Part shown: one piece after another, positions 60,235 to 64,000 of the stretch
How the letters are laid out: each line of letters opens with the position of its first letter
Position numbering within the stretch: the first letter of the stretch is position 1
DNA from: Eledone cirrhosa
Lineage: Eukaryota
Assembly: GCA_964016885.1 (NCBI GenBank)
Contig: OZ024743.1
Span: 74,276,001 to 74,340,000, forward strand
Direction of reading: 5' to 3'
DNA length: 64,000 bases
Translations under genes and position numbers: made by a program
Notes under the pieces: generated by a model
Told to the model about the DNA's origin: nothing
The model's database searches: none
Seen by the model: the letters and a program-made list of their open reading frames with translations, nothing else

Positions 60235-60820
60235 AACATAAATTATCGAGATTCGCATTTCGGCTCACGAAATAACGAAAAACAACATCCGCGATGTGCG
60301 GCAAGTGCTCAATGATTCAGATGAACCAGAGCTATAACAAACGTTAAAGGCCAAACACACTTAGACGATGGTTAAACAATCATTCGCATAGCCAAAAAAA
60401 ACGATCAAGTAATTCGGGTATTGAAAATTTACCCGGATCCCTGGAAGGTTGGTAAAATCCAGTATATGGGTTTCTGCGGCTCCTAAATCAAGTACCGTCC
60501 GCTTACATAAATAATGTCAGGCTTCTGGTAAGATGATTGAACAAGGAAGCCACTTTCTCAACAGGTTTTAGTTCAATGTTAATACAAGGACTGACTATTG
60601 CTGACCCCACGTGGGGATCGGCAAGGGAGGCAACCCCTATATCAGGCGAATGAATTCAGTTGTGTATATTTTTGCAAGAATGCAAAAACATCACAAATCG
60701 AATAGAGTTCTCAACAGAAGGGTTACAATTAACATAAGCTATTCATCAGTCAATAGAATCAACTAAAAGAATCAAGAAAATTAACTGGTCAATAGCTAGA
60801 GTCTGGAGAATAATACAAAC

Positions 60821-60859
<39 letters not shown>

Positions 60860-60874
<15 letters not shown>

Positions 60875-61177
60875 GAGAATGTCTGTCTGTCTGTCTGTCT
60901 GTATGTCTGTCTGTCTGTCCGATCACTAAAACTCAAGAACCACCCAACCGATTGTTTTCAAACTTTACACATGTAATACTTATGGTCCTGTGGGTGTTTT
61001 GAGAAAAGAAAATTTCAAATTTTCAATGCCCTATCGCATTAGGCGATTTAACGATCCCTCTATAACTCTTAGTCTTTCTTTTTAGATAGATACATAAATA
61101 TAACGTTGCGCCCTTATAATATCTGTCTGTATGTCTGGCTGTCTGCATTACGACATTATGACGTAGCTGTGTGTGTG

Positions 61178-61262
<85 letters not shown>

Positions 61263-61560
61263 TGTGTGTGTGTGTGTGTATAGTGTGTGTATATATATTA
61301 TATATATATAGTGTGTAACGTTTTTCGAAATATTTACTTCTGCGTTCACAGATTGATTTTTTTTAGTTTCACAAGATCCCGTTAAGGGTGATAGCAACGA
61401 TTCGTTGTTTAAACTTTAATCTGTTATTTTAATATATATATATATAATAACAAGATATGAACAAACGTATTTATTTCACGAGGCACGATAGGGATAAATA
61501 TATATCAAATATATAAGAACCCTAGAGCAAATCCCGAGCAACGCCGGGCCATTCTGCTAC
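60860..61560 (+). mobile_element. Non-autonomous Helitron-like element with internal (CTGT)n and (GT)n
   Basis: 5' TATAAAA..(CTGT)n..AACTCAAGAAC..CAACCGATT pattern. 3' hairpin CCCGAGCAACGCCGGG followed by CTGCTAC (CTAG-like end). Confidence 0.65.
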
Positions 61561-61704
61561 ACAATAACAATAACAAAATATAAACAAAGTATTTATTTCG
61601 CAATAAAAAATGGTAATCTGGGATGCATTTTTTTTATAAGCACAAAATGTAGACACCATCCCGAGGCCGAGGTATTCCGTACTTCTCTGTACTGTTATAT
61701 ATAT

Positions 61705-61740
<36 letters not shown>

Positions 61741-61747
<7 letters not shown>

Positions 61748-62622
61748 AACAAAAGATGGTTAAAAGAGTTCCATGTATTTTATTATGCGCATTTCAAAAA
61801 CAAATATCATCATGCAATAACATTTGTGTTTTCATCAGATAAAATAGGAACACTTGTGAATCGTGCAGTTTTAAATCAACATATGAAAAGTAGTTTTAGA
61901 TTGATGTGTGATATTGGGAAAAAAAATGTTGAGGGGGGGGGGTGGAAAGGATGAAAAAGAGGAGGAGATGAGAGTAAAAAGTGGAGGGGAGGAGTATAAT
62001 GAGGAAGGATGAGATAGGAGGAGAGATGGGTGATATATAGAGAGAGATAGCTTTTATAACTGAGAAAAAATATATTGTTTTACATAGAGAGGTTGAAAAA
62101 CCGTTGGAAGATAATATATAAATTAAAAGAATTTGAAAATTAACGAAGAGAAAAATAATGTTAAGTTAAGTTGTGTATATTGAAGGGTTTAATAATATGT
62201 GCGATGAAAAGAAATTGTTAATATGTATTAAGAATAATATTTAAGGGTTTAATAATATGTGCGATGAAAAGAAATTGTTAATATGTATTAAGAATAATAT
62301 TTAAGGGTTTAATAATATGTGCGATGGAACTCTTTTAACCATCTTTTGATCTTATATATTTGTTTCTACTTTAGGCACAAGGCCAGCAATAACCAGTTCA
62401 TTACTGGTACTTTATTTTATCGACCCCGTAAGGATGAAAGGCAAAGTCAACCTCGGCGGGATTTGAACTCAGATCGTAAAGGGACGTAACTATGCTGGAA
62501 AGCATGGCGTCCGACCCGTTTGATCTTATATATTATGTATACTCCAGTCCTACAAACTGTAGAGTGCTTCTTATCCGATATCTGCATTGCTTTATTGTAC
62601 TACAATAAAACTCACCTCCTAC

Positions 62623-62625
<3 letters not shown>
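61741..62625. mobile_element. Penelope-like LTR module with an inverted end, hammerhead 61776-61846 (minus), 60-bp tandem repeat and nested SINE
   Basis: TATTTTAT-CTGATGA-AAACA..TGTTTTT-GAAA-TGCGCA-TA-ATAAAATA. 61741-61773 is inverted at ~62325-62358. Same family as 56570-56760. Confidence 0.75.
62361..62518 (-). mobile_element. 5'-truncated SINE with a 16-bp TSD
   Basis: TTTGATCTTATATATT at 62345-62360 and 62519-62534. Confidence 0.88.
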
Positions 62626-62670
<45 letters not shown>

Positions 62671-62753
62671 TGTACAGATATTTCTGGACTACCCTAAGTA
62701 TTTAGTACTCTGGTGCGTTATGGTCCATCTGGTTCCTTACCACACCTCCTTCG

Positions 62754-62823
<70 letters not shown>

Positions 62824-63059
62824 TTGTATGTAAATGCATGTGTTATTTTGAAGGTTTGCATATACTAGTATGTATAAATCATTGCAAAGCGAAGTCCTTT
62901 GTTGAACTGAATTTGAACGTGAGGCAAGGTAATGTAAGCCATTCTGTGAAGCTATATACAATAGTGGATACTTCTAGTAATTTGTAGTGTATACGTACTA
63001 AAGAAAAACTGTAAAGAAACCAGAAGTATGAAAATACAGAATACAGTCTATGAAATAAC

Positions 63060-63175
63060 TGTTTCTACATTTGGCACTAGGTTACTAATTTGAAGGAAAG
63101 GGAAAAGTCGATTAAATCGACCCTAGTACTTACTGGTGTTTTACCTTATCGACCCTGTAAGGATGAAAGACAAAG
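63060..63175 (-). mobile_element. SINE 3' fragment
   Basis: GTCGATTAAATCGACCCTAGT...TACTGG...TATCGACCC.GTAAGGATGAAAG. Confidence 0.6.
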
Positions 63176-63429
63176 CTAATAACAAACAAGGAAAACTTTG
63201 TACATTTTTTCTTATGCACGATTTGGTATTGTTGTTTAGTCTTTTAGATTTTGTTGTTAGCAGAATTTGTACTGCATAGTTAAAGATCAATATATTTTGA
63301 GAGTGAACAATAATATTATTTCCGATACTTGATTTATTCAGAAGATATCCGATATAGTTCTACGTGAGCAACTACATCAAAATAATATCTAGATATAATC
63401 TTATAAAAACTATGGTTAAATTTTCAGAA

Positions 63430-63925
63430 GGGAGGTAGGTGTAAAAGCCAAATTAGCTGTCTTCAATTCGGTATTCATGCCAACCCTTACCTATGGTCAT
63501 GAATATTGGCTAATGACCGAATGAATACGATCACGAATACAATTAACCGAAATGGGGTCAATCTGAAGTTTTTGGGAGTAACGTTATTCGATAGAGTGCG
63601 TAGCTCAGAGATCAGAGAGTCACTCCAGGTAGAGTCGCTACTTCTCCAAACTGAGATATCGCAGCTCAGATACTGGGGGCATGTGGTTAGAATGTCTCAG
63701 AAGAGAATCGCTGGACAGATTCTACGGTCACAACCAACTGGCAGGAGACCCAGGGGTAGACCCCGAACAAGATGGTTGGATAACATCTATGAGCTCGACT
63801 GGTCTCGCTCAGGATCCAGCTGGATCAGTTGGAAACGTTTGTTCTGACATTATCCTCTTGGAAGAGTGCTTGACGTCTCTGCCCCCACGATCCTCTCAGA
63901 AATAAGTGGACGAAGAAGAAAAGAA
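63430..63925 (+). mobile_element. 3' fragment of an RTE-clade LINE with a (GAA)n tail
   Basis: PTLTYGHE.W, then QLRYWGHVVRM..RIAGQIL..PTGRRPRGRPRTRWLDNI. Confidence 0.8.
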
Positions 63926-64000
63926 GACATCTATAGAATTTTCGGAGATAAGTATGTAAAGAAAATTATGAGAAACATTTTCAGGGTTAATCAAATGACT

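Overview
This is an AT-rich, microsatellite-saturated animal genomic window; the SINEs resemble octopus/cephalopod SINEs (inference). No host gene is recognisable and almost everything is mobile DNA. (1) There are at least four R4/Dong-like non-LTR retrotransposon families (RT + CCHC + PD-(D/E)xK restriction-like endonuclease). Families A and B sit in (TAA)n; families C and D follow (TACA)n. They include a near-intact full-length copy (42885-46535, one nonsense codon) and a head-to-tail array at 36.2-46.7 kb. (2) Three RTE/BovB-like LINE copies carry a C-terminal triple C2H2 finger, one of them with a ~220-240 bp target duplication, and there are other RTE fragments. (3) There are two Penelope-like (Naiad-type, CxCx5C + GIY-YIG) remnants, plus mariner, Helitron-like, CRE-like and SINE remnants. 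(4) The main unexplained signal is more than 15 type-I hammerhead-ribozyme motifs from roughly 8-10 mostly unrelated sequence families. Their helix-III segments are different palindromes. They lie in non-coding fold-back (inverted-repeat) modules docked on (TA)n, and they share a GAGTRYT motif usually ~45-60 nt from the (TA)n junction. This looks like a diversified population of (TA)n-targeting, ribozyme-bearing non-autonomous Penelope/retrozyme-like elements. Most short ORFs in the supplied track are microsatellite translations or antisense shadows.
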